In this document: piece after piece, positions 1 through 9,863 of the stretch | How the letters are laid out: every line of letters begins with the position of its first letter | How positions within the stretch are numbered: the first letter of the stretch is position 1 | Assembly (NCBI GenBank): GCA_021824915.1 | Contig: JAKAJP010000018.1 | Coordinates: forward strand, 596-64,595 | DNA: 64,000 bases | Origin: a bacterium | GTDB taxonomy: Bacteria; Patescibacteriota; Microgenomatia; UBA8517 | Reading direction: 5' to 3' | Notes under the pieces: model-generated | What the model was told of the DNA's origin: nothing | What the model saw: only the letters and a program-made list of their open reading frames with translations | The model's database searches: none | Position numbers and translations under genes: made by a program

Positions 1-702
1 CAATTGATGAGTGGACTTAATGTTGCAATTATCGCTCCCGCTTGGTCGCTTCTTTTGGGACGCCTGTCCTTAAAAAACTTGGCGTTGATACCTGTTAAGT
101 TTATGATAGGCAGAGTCAGTTTTGATAATAAATTAATTTACTTCTTAATTACGGCTTTTTTGGGATCGCTTTTTAGCTGGCTGATATATAGAGGAAGGAA
201 GGTCGGAAGATTGGTTTGGTTATGGTTAGTTGTTCCATTATTTTTCGCGGCAATTTTAAGTTTCAGGATATCTATTTTAACCTATTTCCGTTTTCTTTTT
301 ATCCTACCAGCCTTTTACATTATTATTGCAGCGGGTATTAAAAGACTGGGGAAATATTCAAAATTGATGACTTTTCTTGTTTTGGTAATAAACTTGACTC
401 TCATTGGTTATTATGTCGCTAATCCCAGGTTTCACCGTGAAGATTGGAGAGCTGCAGCGAAGATGATAGGTAATGACCAGATAGTTTTACCTGCAGATTC
501 CCAGAAGGAAGCACTTACCTATTATGGCAAAGCCGGCCAAATAGTCACAGACCCTACCGGTAATACAATTTGGCTCTCAAGGTACGTTGCAGAGGTTTTT
601 GATCCTAGGGATTTGGTAAGGAAAAAAGTCGAGAACCTTGGGTATAATAAGGTGGCAGAATACAACTTCAACGGAGTCGTATTCTGGAAGTACAGAAAAT
701 AA
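1..702 (+). CDS. GT-C fold membrane glycosyltransferase (ArnT/PMT, GT39/GT83-like), 5'-truncated by window edge
   Basis: Frame open from base 1; several TM segments, RFLFILP and REDWRAAA motifs, short soluble C-terminal domain; heads a glycosylation locus. Confidence 0.6.
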   Translation, partial: QLMSGLNVAIIAPAWSLLLGRLSLKNLALIPVKFMIGRVSFDNKLIYFLITAFLGSLFSWLIYRGRKVGRLVWLWLVVPLFFAAILSFRISILTYFRFLFILPAFYIIIAAGIKRLGKYSKLMTFLVLVINLTLIGYYVANPRFHREDWRAAAKMIGNDQIVLPADSQKEALTYYGKAGQIVTDPTGNTIWLSRYVAEVFDPRDLVRKKVENLGYNKVAEYNFNGVVFWKYRK

Positions 703-747
703 TAAGCGAAGCTTGGCAAAATTTGTTTTTATGAAAGGAGGAATTTT

Positions 748-1806
748 ATGAAAATCGGAATAGATATATCTCAAGTTGTTTATGGCACGGGTGTCTCGCT
801 CTATACGAAAAACCTGTTTTCGAATCTTCTTAAGATTGATCGGCAGGATGAATATATTCTTTTCGCAGGAACTTTGAGGAGAAAAGCGGATATTTTGAGA
901 ATATTCCCTCAAACCAGAGTTTTTCCTGTTCCGCCGACGTTGGCTGATATCCTTTGGAATAGGCTCCATGTTTTGCCTATTGAGAAGCTGATCGGGCCTG
1001 TTGACGTCTTCCACTCCTCAGATTGGGCCGAACCACCCTCGATGGCTTTCAAAGTGACAACGGTTCACGACTTAATTCCGTTAAAATTTCCAAAGCTTAT
1101 TCATAGGCGAATTTTGGAAACCCACGTCAGGCGTTTGGAATGGGTTAAGAAGGAGTCAAATCGGGTTATTGTTCCATCAAGATCTACCATGGAGGATCTG
1201 GTTAATTACGGAGTATCAGAAAGTAAAATCAGGATTATTCCGGAGGCTGGCATTTTAACAAGATCGGATGGTGAATATATATCTAAAGCGAAGGCGAAAT
1301 ATAAGATTTTGGGGGATTATCTTGTGGCCTTTGCCTCCGGGCCGTACAAAAATATAAGTAGGATCAAGAAAGCTTTTGAGCTATCCTCTGCCGGAAAAAA
1401 TCTGAAGCTGGTTATTATCGGTAGGCAAAGTATGAACTTGGTTAAAGAGGATAGAAACGTGAGGTTAACCGGTTATATCTCCGAAAGTGAACTTGCGGCA
1501 TTAATCTCCGGTTCGCGAGGATTAATCTTTGCATCTCTATATGAGGGTTTTGGTCAGCCAATTCTTGATGCTTTTTCCTGCAAAGTGCCGGTGGTGACCT
1601 CAAATATTGGGAGCATGCCGGAGATTGCCGGGGAGGCAGCAGTGTTGGTTGACCCTTATTCTACCGAGTCGATCTCGGAAGGTATCGAGAAGATCTTGCG
1701 GGGTCCAAAGGCTTATATCGAAAAGGGGACTCGGCGTGTATCTGAATTTTCTTGGCAAAAGACGGCGGAAATGACATTGAAAGTGTACAAGGAGGTCGGA
1801 AAATGA
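748..1806 (+). CDS. Glycosyltransferase family 4
   Basis: MKIGIDIS start, TVHDL, SLYEGFGQPILDAF (E-x7-E-like GT-B motif); AGGAGG SD at 735-741. Confidence 0.92.
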   Translation: MKIGIDISQVVYGTGVSLYTKNLFSNLLKIDRQDEYILFAGTLRRKADILRIFPQTRVFPVPPTLADILWNRLHVLPIEKLIGPVDVFHSSDWAEPPSMAFKVTTVHDLIPLKFPKLIHRRILETHVRRLEWVKKESNRVIVPSRSTMEDLVNYGVSESKIRIIPEAGILTRSDGEYISKAKAKYKILGDYLVAFASGPYKNISRIKKAFELSSAGKNLKLVIIGRQSMNLVKEDRNVRLTGYISESELAALISGSRGLIFASLYEGFGQPILDAFSCKVPVVTSNIGSMPEIAGEAAVLVDPYSTESISEGIEKILRGPKAYIEKGTRRVSEFSWQKTAEMTLKVYKEVGK

Positions 1807-2921
1807 TCGTTGGGATTGACGGAAATGAGGCTAATATAACCGGACGTGTCGGCATAAATGTCTATGCCTACCAGCTTCTTTGGAATTTATGGAAACTACA
1901 GGATGAGTGGAAGAATGAGATGAGTCTTATAGTTTACCTTAAAAACAATCCCTTATCCGATCTTCCGAAGGAAACACAAAGCTTTAAGTATAAAGTTATT
2001 AAGGGGGATGCAAACTGGATATTGAGTAAACTCACACCGGAGTTATTTTTTGGCAGTCCCCATACCGATGTTTTCTTTACGCCCAGTCATTATATTCCGC
2101 CCTTGGCTCCCATGCCACGTGTCTGTTCGATTATGGACCTTGGATACCTCGAAAATACGGGGCAATTTTCAAAAAAAGTGTTTTGGCAGTTAAAGTGGTG
2201 GAGTGCTATCTCCATTTTAGTATCAAAGAGGATCATAGCGATATCTAATAGTACAAAACAAGATATTGTACGACACTACCCGTTTGCTAGGAAAAAAATT
2301 TACGTTACGCATCTTGGTTATGACGACAAACGATTTAAAAGTGATATTTCAAAAGAAGTTGTGCGACGTGTCAAAAATAAGTACTCCATAGTTGATGACT
2401 ATATTCTTTATGTGGGCACATTGAAGCCCAGTAAAAACATTGAAGGTTTGATTGAGGCTTTTGCCGGCATCAAGACTAATTGCAAGCTGGTTATTGCCGG
2501 GAAAAAGGGATGGATGTACGAAACGATCTTTGAAAAGGTTAAAAAGCTAAAATTAACCAGCAGAGTCATCTTTACCGGTTTTGTTGATGAAGCAGACAAG
2601 CCCGCGTTAATAAAAGGAGCCAGAGTATTTGTTTTACCTTCGTTTTGGGAAGGGTTTGGCCTTGATGTATTAAGTGCTATGGCCGTTGGCGTGCCTGTTG
2701 TTGTTTCGAATGTGGGCAGCCTGCCAGAGGTTATTGGGAAAGCCGGAGTTCTGGTTGACCCCAATAGTATAAATAGTATAAGAGAAGGAATCTTAAAGAT
2801 TTTCTCTCTTCGATCTACCGAGTATAATAAGCTAATTAAAGCCGAGCTTACGCAGGTGAAAAATTTTTCCTGGGAAAAGTGCGCCCGCGAAACACTAAAA
2901 GTGCTTAAGGAAATTAAATGA
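1803..2921 (+). CDS. Glycosyltransferase family 4
   Basis: MIVGIDG start (ATGA overlap with previous stop), YVGTLKPSKN, PSFWEGFGLDVLSAMA. Confidence 0.92.
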   Translation: MIVGIDGNEANITGRVGINVYAYQLLWNLWKLQDEWKNEMSLIVYLKNNPLSDLPKETQSFKYKVIKGDANWILSKLTPELFFGSPHTDVFFTPSHYIPPLAPMPRVCSIMDLGYLENTGQFSKKVFWQLKWWSAISILVSKRIIAISNSTKQDIVRHYPFARKKIYVTHLGYDDKRFKSDISKEVVRRVKNKYSIVDDYILYVGTLKPSKNIEGLIEAFAGIKTNCKLVIAGKKGWMYETIFEKVKKLKLTSRVIFTGFVDEADKPALIKGARVFVLPSFWEGFGLDVLSAMAVGVPVVVSNVGSLPEVIGKAGVLVDPNSINSIREGILKIFSLRSTEYNKLIKAELTQVKNFSWEKCARETLKVLKEIK

Positions 2922-3535
2922 CATCGATATTTAAGGATAAAACAGGAAGAAAATTGAGTTGGGGTGAGGCTACCCTTAAAATTTTGAGTAGATTTTTGAA
3001 TTATTTCTTAGACTTTGAGCTCATGATTTTGAGGTGTGTTGGACACATTCCCTCACATTTAATAAGAAAATTCTTTTATTTTTTGGCAGGTATAAAAATG
3101 GGTAAGGGTTCTGTCATTCATATGTGGGCTAATTTTTTTGATCCTACCGGGGTTGAGGTTGGTGAGGACACAATTATTGGGGATCATGCATTTTTAGACG
3201 GAAGGTCAAAATTAAAAATTGGTGATCATACGGACATTGCCTCCTCTGTGATGATTTACAATTCGGAGCATAATATTAATGATAATGATTTTGCTGTGGT
3301 TGAGAAAGTGACCACTGCACCGGTTGAGATTGGCGACTATGTTTTTATCGGTCCCAGAGTGATAATTCTTCCCGGGGTAAAAATCGGAAAGGGAGCGGTG
3401 GTTGGAGCGGGCGCGGTTGTAACAAAAGACGTTCCAGATTTTTCTATTGTTGGAGGGGTTCCAGCAAAAGTGATCGGTGAGCGTAAGAACAAGAATCCCA
3501 ACTACAGGCTAGGCCGTGCCAGGCTTTTTCAGTAA
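2918..3535 (+). CDS. Hexapeptide-repeat (LbH) sugar O-acetyltransferase
   Basis: IGDYVFIGPRVIILPGVKIGKGAVVGAGAVVTKDVP...GGVPAKVI repeats. Confidence 0.9.
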   Translation: MTSIFKDKTGRKLSWGEATLKILSRFLNYFLDFELMILRCVGHIPSHLIRKFFYFLAGIKMGKGSVIHMWANFFDPTGVEVGEDTIIGDHAFLDGRSKLKIGDHTDIASSVMIYNSEHNINDNDFAVVEKVTTAPVEIGDYVFIGPRVIILPGVKIGKGAVVGAGAVVTKDVPDFSIVGGVPAKVIGERKNKNPNYRLGRARLFQ

Positions 3536-3537
3536 AC

Positions 3538-4056
3538 ATGAAAATATTTTCCAAGATAATCTTTGTTATTTTGTCTGTTTTGTTTTTAACCTACCTTGTA
3601 CTTCCGAGTCCAAGTTTCCCTAAGGCGCCGCCCGATTCGGTTCAATCCAGAGAACCGGCAGATACGGAAACACCTTTAAGGCGTGCCTATTTCACTAATT
3701 TTACTAGACAACAGGTGTTGGATTGGTATAAAGCGCAATTTGGTTACGGGTATTTACTTAATTATCCGCCGGAGGATGCGGGAACGATAATTCGTGATCA
3801 GACGCGAAGTACTTTCCTGCAAGAAGTGGTTCATCCTTTCAGAGAATCGGTCTATATAAATGGTTTTGAGCCTAAAGATCCTAAAGATGCAATAAATATA
3901 GAAGGAGTGAGCTGGAGACAAAAAATTATTGTTAGATTTGTTCCAAGCAGCCTTATCGTTCGGACTTCTCTATCCATTGCAACTTTGATTCTTCTATTCT
4001 TTTTGACGAGGGAATGGTATTTTGCATATAAAGACGCGAGGAAGATAATATCATGA
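3538..4056 (+). CDS. Hypothetical membrane protein (N- and C-terminal TM helices)
   Basis: 172-aa ORF tightly coupled within the operon; no recognisable motif. Confidence 0.75.
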   Translation: MKIFSKIIFVILSVLFLTYLVLPSPSFPKAPPDSVQSREPADTETPLRRAYFTNFTRQQVLDWYKAQFGYGYLLNYPPEDAGTIIRDQTRSTFLQEVVHPFRESVYINGFEPKDPKDAINIEGVSWRQKIIVRFVPSSLIVRTSLSIATLILLFFLTREWYFAYKDARKIIS

Positions 4057-4967
4057 TTGAACTATCAATAGTAATAATTTCATCGAAAAAAGATTACTTA
4101 TTCAGTTGTCTGACCTCGCTTGAATCGACTCTTAGGGGAATTGAAAACGAAATAATCCTTGTTGATAACGCCTCCCCCGATCGTGTAGGGGATGAGGCAA
4201 AAAAGAAATTTCCACAAATAAAGGTCATAAGGCGCGAAAAGAATGGTGGGTTTGGAGAAAACAACAACATGGGCATGCGAATTGCGAGGGGAAAATACGT
4301 TCTGCTTTTGAACGATGACACGGAGATAATTGATAAGAAGATATTTGATGAGATGATTTTATGGATGGAAGAACACCCCAAGGTTGGAGTAGCAAGTTGC
4401 GGGCTTCTCAATACCGACAAAAAGACATTGCAAGGATCGGGTGGATATTTTCCCACCCTTCCGAGAGTACTAGCATGGATGACATTTATTGATGATATCC
4501 CCGGAGTTGATAGATTAATTAAACCTTATCACCCGCTTCATGGATGGTCACCCTTTTATAAAGGTGAAGGTTATTTTAAGTCCGTACATAAACAAGATTG
4601 GGTCACCGGGGCCTTTTTCCTGATGAGAAAGGAAGCAATGGATGAAGCTGGACTTTTTGATGAGGATTTCTTTTTATATGTTGAAGAGGTTGAGCTTGCT
4701 TATCGGTTTATTAAGGCTGGTTGGGAGATTTGGTATTTACCCAAGTGGAAAATAGTCCACTACGGGCAAGTTACTACAGGGAGCGAGAAGGCGATGATTT
4801 TTGAGCTTCAAAATTTACAATTATTCTACAAAAAACATATGAGCAGCTGGCAACTTCCCATACTCACTTTTATTCTTAAGCTCGGAGTGGTTTTACGCAT
4901 TGTTTTGTACGGCCTTACCAATCCCAGCGTAGCCAAAATTTATATAAAAGCCTATGCCGCAATTTAA
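4053..4967 (+). CDS. Glycosyltransferase family 2 (rhamnosyltransferase-like)
   Basis: ILVDNAS, NGGFGENNN, LLNDD, DWVTGAF, FDEDFFLYVEE. Confidence 0.92.
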   Translation: MIELSIVIISSKKDYLFSCLTSLESTLRGIENEIILVDNASPDRVGDEAKKKFPQIKVIRREKNGGFGENNNMGMRIARGKYVLLLNDDTEIIDKKIFDEMILWMEEHPKVGVASCGLLNTDKKTLQGSGGYFPTLPRVLAWMTFIDDIPGVDRLIKPYHPLHGWSPFYKGEGYFKSVHKQDWVTGAFFLMRKEAMDEAGLFDEDFFLYVEEVELAYRFIKAGWEIWYLPKWKIVHYGQVTTGSEKAMIFELQNLQLFYKKHMSSWQLPILTFILKLGVVLRIVLYGLTNPSVAKIYIKAYAAI

Positions 4968-6351
4968 CCTGAATAAAATTCTAAAATATTTAGTTGCCGC
5001 TTCCATAATTACAATTCCTTTGTATCCCAAATTTCCCTTTTTGACGATACCGGGCACTTATGTTGCCGTGCGTCTTGAAGACTTCCTTTTGGCGATTTTA
5101 GCCATTTTTGTTTTGATTAAAATTTTGCCGAATTTAGGCAAATATCTTAAAAATAAAATTGTCGTTTCCGTGATATTGTTTACGGCAGCGGGACTTATTT
5201 CGTATCTTTACGGTGTATTTCTAACCAAAACCGTGGTTGCCCATATCGGCATATTGCATTGGTTAAGAAGAATTGAATACTTCATTCCTTTTTTTGCTGG
5301 CTGGGTAGTTATGAAGGGGGACAAAAACCCAAGGGAAACTTTGGAGTTTTTTGTGAAATGTTTGATGATTACAGTGTTTGTTGCTTTTATTTATGGCTTT
5401 GGTCAGAAACACTTCGGTTGGCCGGTAATTATTACCCAAAACGAAGAATATTCAAAGGGAATTGCACTAAGATGGATCCCAGGGAGCCATATTAACTCAA
5501 CCTTTGCCGGACATTACGATATGGCAAGTTACTTAGTGATTATGATGCCGATATTTTTGGCAATGCTTTTTGAAGTTAAGGGAGTCAAAACCAAAATTTT
5601 GCTGACGGCCGTTATACTATCCGGTATCTGGCTTTTGATCAACGCGATTTCCAGGATTTCGATTGTTTCTTATCTTTTGTCAGCGACTCTTTCACTTATT
5701 TTGATTAAGAAATACAAGGTAATTCCGGTTGTGTTGGTTATTAGTGTTGTTCTTTTTGCGGGGTCTTCAGATTTAATAGCCAGATATTTGAGGATTGTAC
5801 AAGTTACGATTATGGATGTCGGCAGAGTCAAAATTAATTATGTTCTGCCAAAATTTGAGGCTTATGCGGCAAGTGATGCGACAACTGTTATATTACAAGA
5901 AAAGACTCCTGCGGAAACACCCACCCCGACCCCGGTACCTGTCTTTGAGGATAGATCTACATCCATTAGATTGAATATCGAGTGGCCAAGAGCGATCCGT
6001 GCCTTTACAAAAGATCCTCTCTTGGGTACCGGTTATTCTTCAATAAATTTGGCGACAGACAACGACTTTCTAAGACTTTTGGGGGAAGTTGGATTAATCG
6101 GGTTTGCAGCGTTTTTGCTTGTCTTTGCGAGGATAGTTCTGACTTTGGTTGGCAGGATTCCTCTTGATAAATACTACAGTGGGATTGAAAAGGCTTTTCT
6201 TGCCGGTGTGATTGCGGCAGTTCCGGGAGCTTTTCTTAATTCCGTTTTTATTGATGTGTTTGAGGCCTCAAAATTTATGACCGCTTTTCTCCTGGTAGTT
6301 GGTATTGCCGTATATTTGGCAGAAAGGGGAGCTAATGAGCAAAATAATTAA
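4954..6351 (+). CDS. O-antigen ligase/Wzy_C-like membrane protein
   Basis: About 11 TM segments, STFAG, SR in TM loop, STSIR...W...PLLGTG...DNDFLRLLGEVGLIG. Confidence 0.75.
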   Translation: MPQFNLNKILKYLVAASIITIPLYPKFPFLTIPGTYVAVRLEDFLLAILAIFVLIKILPNLGKYLKNKIVVSVILFTAAGLISYLYGVFLTKTVVAHIGILHWLRRIEYFIPFFAGWVVMKGDKNPRETLEFFVKCLMITVFVAFIYGFGQKHFGWPVIITQNEEYSKGIALRWIPGSHINSTFAGHYDMASYLVIMMPIFLAMLFEVKGVKTKILLTAVILSGIWLLINAISRISIVSYLLSATLSLILIKKYKVIPVVLVISVVLFAGSSDLIARYLRIVQVTIMDVGRVKINYVLPKFEAYAASDATTVILQEKTPAETPTPTPVPVFEDRSTSIRLNIEWPRAIRAFTKDPLLGTGYSSINLATDNDFLRLLGEVGLIGFAAFLLVFARIVLTLVGRIPLDKYYSGIEKAFLAGVIAAVPGAFLNSVFIDVFEASKFMTAFLLVVGIAVYLAERGANEQNN

Positions 6352-7810
6352 CTCTCTCTTCAAGAAGGGCGTTTTTGAGTATATTATTTTATCAATTATA
6401 CTTATAGTAGGGTTTGCGGTCAGGTTGTATAAAATAAATAACCCTATTGCAGATTGGCATTCTTGGCGTCAGGCAGACACGGCTTCGGTTACCAGGACCT
6501 ATGTCGAACGTGGAATTAATTTTCTTTACCCCAAGTACCACGACATAAGTAGTATACAAACAGGTATCTTTAATCCTCAAGGATATCGAATGGTTGAGTT
6601 TCCTATTTATAACGTCATTCATGCGCTACTATTTGAGAATTTTCCTCGCTTTAATCTTGAGACTTGGGGCAGGCTTTTAACTGCTTTTACTACAATTTTA
6701 ACCGCTTTTTTCCTTTACCTAATTGGAAGGAGATTGATGGGAAGAACGGGAGGGATTTTGGCGGCCATATTCTATCTTTTTATTCCTTTTAATATTTATT
6801 TTAGCAGGGTGGTTTTGCCGGATCCTATGGGCGTAACTTTTGCCGTAATATCAATTTGGGCATACTTGGAGTTTTTTTACAACGATAAGAAGATTTTATT
6901 TATCACCTCTGCGGTCTTTTTTGCCCTTGCCTTACTTATTAAACCATACCTCGGCTTTTATTTATTCCCCATTGCCTACTTGGCAGTTAAGAAGTATGGG
7001 GTAAAGAGTTTTTTGAAAAGGAAAAATGTAATTTTTGGGACTATTATCTTTTTCTTAATAGCTTTTCTCCCATTTGCTATTTGGCGCGTCTGGGAAGCAA
7101 AATTTCCTGAAGGCATACCCTTTTATACATGGGCTTTTAACGGCAACCATATCCGTTTTAGACCATCGTTCTGGTACTGGATTTTTGGTGAACGCTTAGG
7201 ACATTTGATACTTGGTTCCCTTGGTTTAATTCCCTTTACTTTTGGGATATTGCATACCAAGGTCAAAAATTATTTTGTGCATGCACTTTTGGCGGGAGCT
7301 TTGTTTTATGTGATTGCTGTTGCGGATGCGAATACAATGCATGATTATTATCAAATCTTAATTATTCCGGCAATTGCATTAGGCCTTGCCGCCGGAAGCA
7401 TCTACCTTTGGTCGCAGAAAATATTCAACACGCTCCTTGCCAGACTGATTCTTGTCTTTTCCGTGGGTGTAATGCTCATTACCGGTTGGAATCAAATTTC
7501 CGGAAATTACAATATTAATCACCCCGAAATACTTACTGCAGGAGCCGAGGTGGATAAAATTACACCCAAGGATGCAATTGTTATTGCTCCATATAATGGA
7601 GATACGGCGTTTTTGTATGCGACAAAGAGATGGGGCTGGCCGGCGATTGATGATTCTGTCGATAATATAATTGCAAAGGGTGCAAGCTACTACGTTTCGG
7701 TCAATTTGAGTGATGGTGACACAAAGATGATCGAATCCAGATTTAAGACGGTTGAGAAAACCGACAAATTTATAATTATTAATCTCCGACAGCCTTTAAA
7801 AATACAATGA
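6335..7810 (+). CDS. GT-C fold glycosyltransferase (ArnT/PMT-like)
   Basis: RLY...DWHSWRQADT first loop, EFP, FSRVVLPD, multiple TM helices, HDYY. Confidence 0.75.
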   Translation: MSKIINSLFKKGVFEYIILSIILIVGFAVRLYKINNPIADWHSWRQADTASVTRTYVERGINFLYPKYHDISSIQTGIFNPQGYRMVEFPIYNVIHALLFENFPRFNLETWGRLLTAFTTILTAFFLYLIGRRLMGRTGGILAAIFYLFIPFNIYFSRVVLPDPMGVTFAVISIWAYLEFFYNDKKILFITSAVFFALALLIKPYLGFYLFPIAYLAVKKYGVKSFLKRKNVIFGTIIFFLIAFLPFAIWRVWEAKFPEGIPFYTWAFNGNHIRFRPSFWYWIFGERLGHLILGSLGLIPFTFGILHTKVKNYFVHALLAGALFYVIAVADANTMHDYYQILIIPAIALGLAAGSIYLWSQKIFNTLLARLILVFSVGVMLITGWNQISGNYNINHPEILTAGAEVDKITPKDAIVIAPYNGDTAFLYATKRWGWPAIDDSVDNIIAKGASYYVSVNLSDGDTKMIESRFKTVEKTDKFIIINLRQPLKIQ

Positions 7811-9015
7811 AGATATTGATGCTTACTCCTTATCTGCCTTTTCCTCCGTCATCCGGTGGGCAAATACGATCATATAATCTTATTAAACATCTTTCTAAAA
7901 AGCACGAAATAACTCTATTTTGCTACATAAGGAGGAAGGAAGAAGAAAGGTACCTACCTGAACTTAAGAAATACTGTAAAAAAGTGAAAGTTTTTGTAAG
8001 AAGGAAAGCTTGGAATCCGTTAAATGTGCTTTTGGCAGGCCTTACTCAGTATCCGTTTTTGGTTTGTATATATTTGTCTAATGCTTTCAAAAAAGCGGTA
8101 ACGGAAGAGCTTGCGGGGGCTCCCTACGACCTTATTCATGCTGAAACTTTTTATGTTATGACCAATATCCCGAAGACCAATACCCCGATTCTTTTGGTTG
8201 AGCAAACGATTGAGTATCTTGTTTACAAGCATTATGTAGAAGGACTTAAAAATGTATTTTTGAAGTGGCTTCTTTCCATTGATGTTGCAAAGTTGCGTTT
8301 CTGGGAAACATATTACTGGAAAAAGGCGGATGAAGTGGTTGCGGTTTCCGCGGCTGACAAAGATGAGATGTTGAAGTTGGCACCTCAACTAAAAGTAGAT
8401 CTTGTGCCCAACGGAGTTAACTTAGATTTCTTCAGTGTCAAAAAGAATTGGTCGGACGCTAACCCCAGAATTTTGTTTGTAGCCAATTTTAAGTGGTTGC
8501 AGAATATTGAAGCCGCCCGTTTGCTTTTGGATGAAGTTTTTCCCAGAGTGCACGCAAAATTTCAAAGAGCAAAGGTCTGGGTGGTGGGACAGTTTGTGCC
8601 GGACACAATTAAAAAATACCGATCAAAGGACGTAATCATTGAACCTCTTCAGGAGAGCGATCAGGAGGGCATAAAAAAAGCCTATTACGATTCCTCCGTA
8701 TTTGTTTCTCCGTTAAGGGGTCCCGGCGGAACCAGGTTAAAGCATTTTGGTGCAATGGCGGCAAAGTTGCCGTTAATTACTACGACCGTTGGAGCTGAAG
8801 GATTAGGGGCTAAAGATGGTAAGGAAATTATTATAAGGGACGACCCTGAAGGGATTTCTGATGCTGTTTTGAAGGTTTTGTCCGATGAAAAATACTCCAA
8901 AAAAATAGCCGAAAATGCTAGAGCCCTAGTTGAAGAAAAATATAGTTGGTATAAAATGGGGCAACTGCTCGACGAGATATATGAAAAAACCGGAACTTTC
9001 CGTAATAATTCTTAA
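7807..9015 (+). CDS. Glycosyltransferase family 4
   Basis: PFPPSSGGQIR, VPNGV, GGTRLK...AMAAKLPLITTTVGAEGL. Confidence 0.9.
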   Translation: MKILMLTPYLPFPPSSGGQIRSYNLIKHLSKKHEITLFCYIRRKEEERYLPELKKYCKKVKVFVRRKAWNPLNVLLAGLTQYPFLVCIYLSNAFKKAVTEELAGAPYDLIHAETFYVMTNIPKTNTPILLVEQTIEYLVYKHYVEGLKNVFLKWLLSIDVAKLRFWETYYWKKADEVVAVSAADKDEMLKLAPQLKVDLVPNGVNLDFFSVKKNWSDANPRILFVANFKWLQNIEAARLLLDEVFPRVHAKFQRAKVWVVGQFVPDTIKKYRSKDVIIEPLQESDQEGIKKAYYDSSVFVSPLRGPGGTRLKHFGAMAAKLPLITTTVGAEGLGAKDGKEIIIRDDPEGISDAVLKVLSDEKYSKKIAENARALVEEKYSWYKMGQLLDEIYEKTGTFRNNS

Positions 9016-9862
9016 CTACAACACAAAAGAGCTTTTGGAGGATTGCCTTAATTCTGTTAAAGATCATATGGACGAGGTCGACCTGGAAGTTATTGTTTCC
9101 GATAACTCTTCAACTGACGGCAGCCCCGATATGGTCAGAAAAAAGTTTCCCTGGGTAAAGCTTATAGAAGGTCCGAACGAAGGTTTTTCCAAGGGAAATA
9201 ATCGTGCCAAGCCATTAGTGAAAGGTGAAATGGTTCTTTTCTTAAATCCGGACACTATTGTTCACGACAATGTTTTTGCCTGGACGGTCAGATACCTGAA
9301 GGAACATTCGGATGTTGGGGCGGTCACTTGTAAACTTGTGTTGCCCAGCGGAAAGATGGATAAGGACATAAGACGCAGATTTCCTACTCCTTGGATTTCT
9401 TTTCAGCACCTTGTACTGGGAATGAATAAAGCTTATTGGTACGAAGATATCCCTGAGGATGCGACTCACACAGTTGATGCGATTCAGGGAGCATTCTTTT
9501 TAACCTGGAAGAAGATACTTGATAAAGTCGGCTGGTATGATCCGGCATACTTTTTTGACGGAGAGGATGTTGACCTTTGCTACCAAATTCATAAGGCCGG
9601 GTATAAATTAGTTTACTATCCGGATACATATATAACCCACCTTAAAGGAGTGACTAAAGGCAAAGTGGCAAAATGGAAGTTTAAGGTCACGCCCCAGCAA
9701 AGAAAAAAGCTAAGACTTGCGGGTGTGGCATCCATGGAGAGGTTCTTTAAGAAAAATTTGTGGAATAAGTATCCGATCTGGTTTGATTATTTTGTTCTTC
9801 TTGGAATTAATCTTTTTAAGGTTGTTAGATATATAAGGGTGGCGTTGCTTTCCTCTTATTAA
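8981..9862 (+). CDS. Glycosyltransferase family 2
   Basis: SVIILNYN, DNSSTDGS, GFSKGNN, FLNPD, EDVDLC. Confidence 0.92.
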   Translation: MKKPELSVIILNYNTKELLEDCLNSVKDHMDEVDLEVIVSDNSSTDGSPDMVRKKFPWVKLIEGPNEGFSKGNNRAKPLVKGEMVLFLNPDTIVHDNVFAWTVRYLKEHSDVGAVTCKLVLPSGKMDKDIRRRFPTPWISFQHLVLGMNKAYWYEDIPEDATHTVDAIQGAFFLTWKKILDKVGWYDPAYFFDGEDVDLCYQIHKAGYKLVYYPDTYITHLKGVTKGKVAKWKFKVTPQQRKKLRLAGVASMERFFKKNLWNKYPIWFDYFVLLGINLFKVVRYIRVALLSSY

Positions 9863-9863
9863 A

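Noticed and set aside
2918-3535. LbH acetyltransferase as the missing GlmU C-terminal half
   Set aside because: It resembles maltose/galactoside-type sugar O-acetyltransferases and sits in the glycan locus; nothing in the sequence links it to GlmU.
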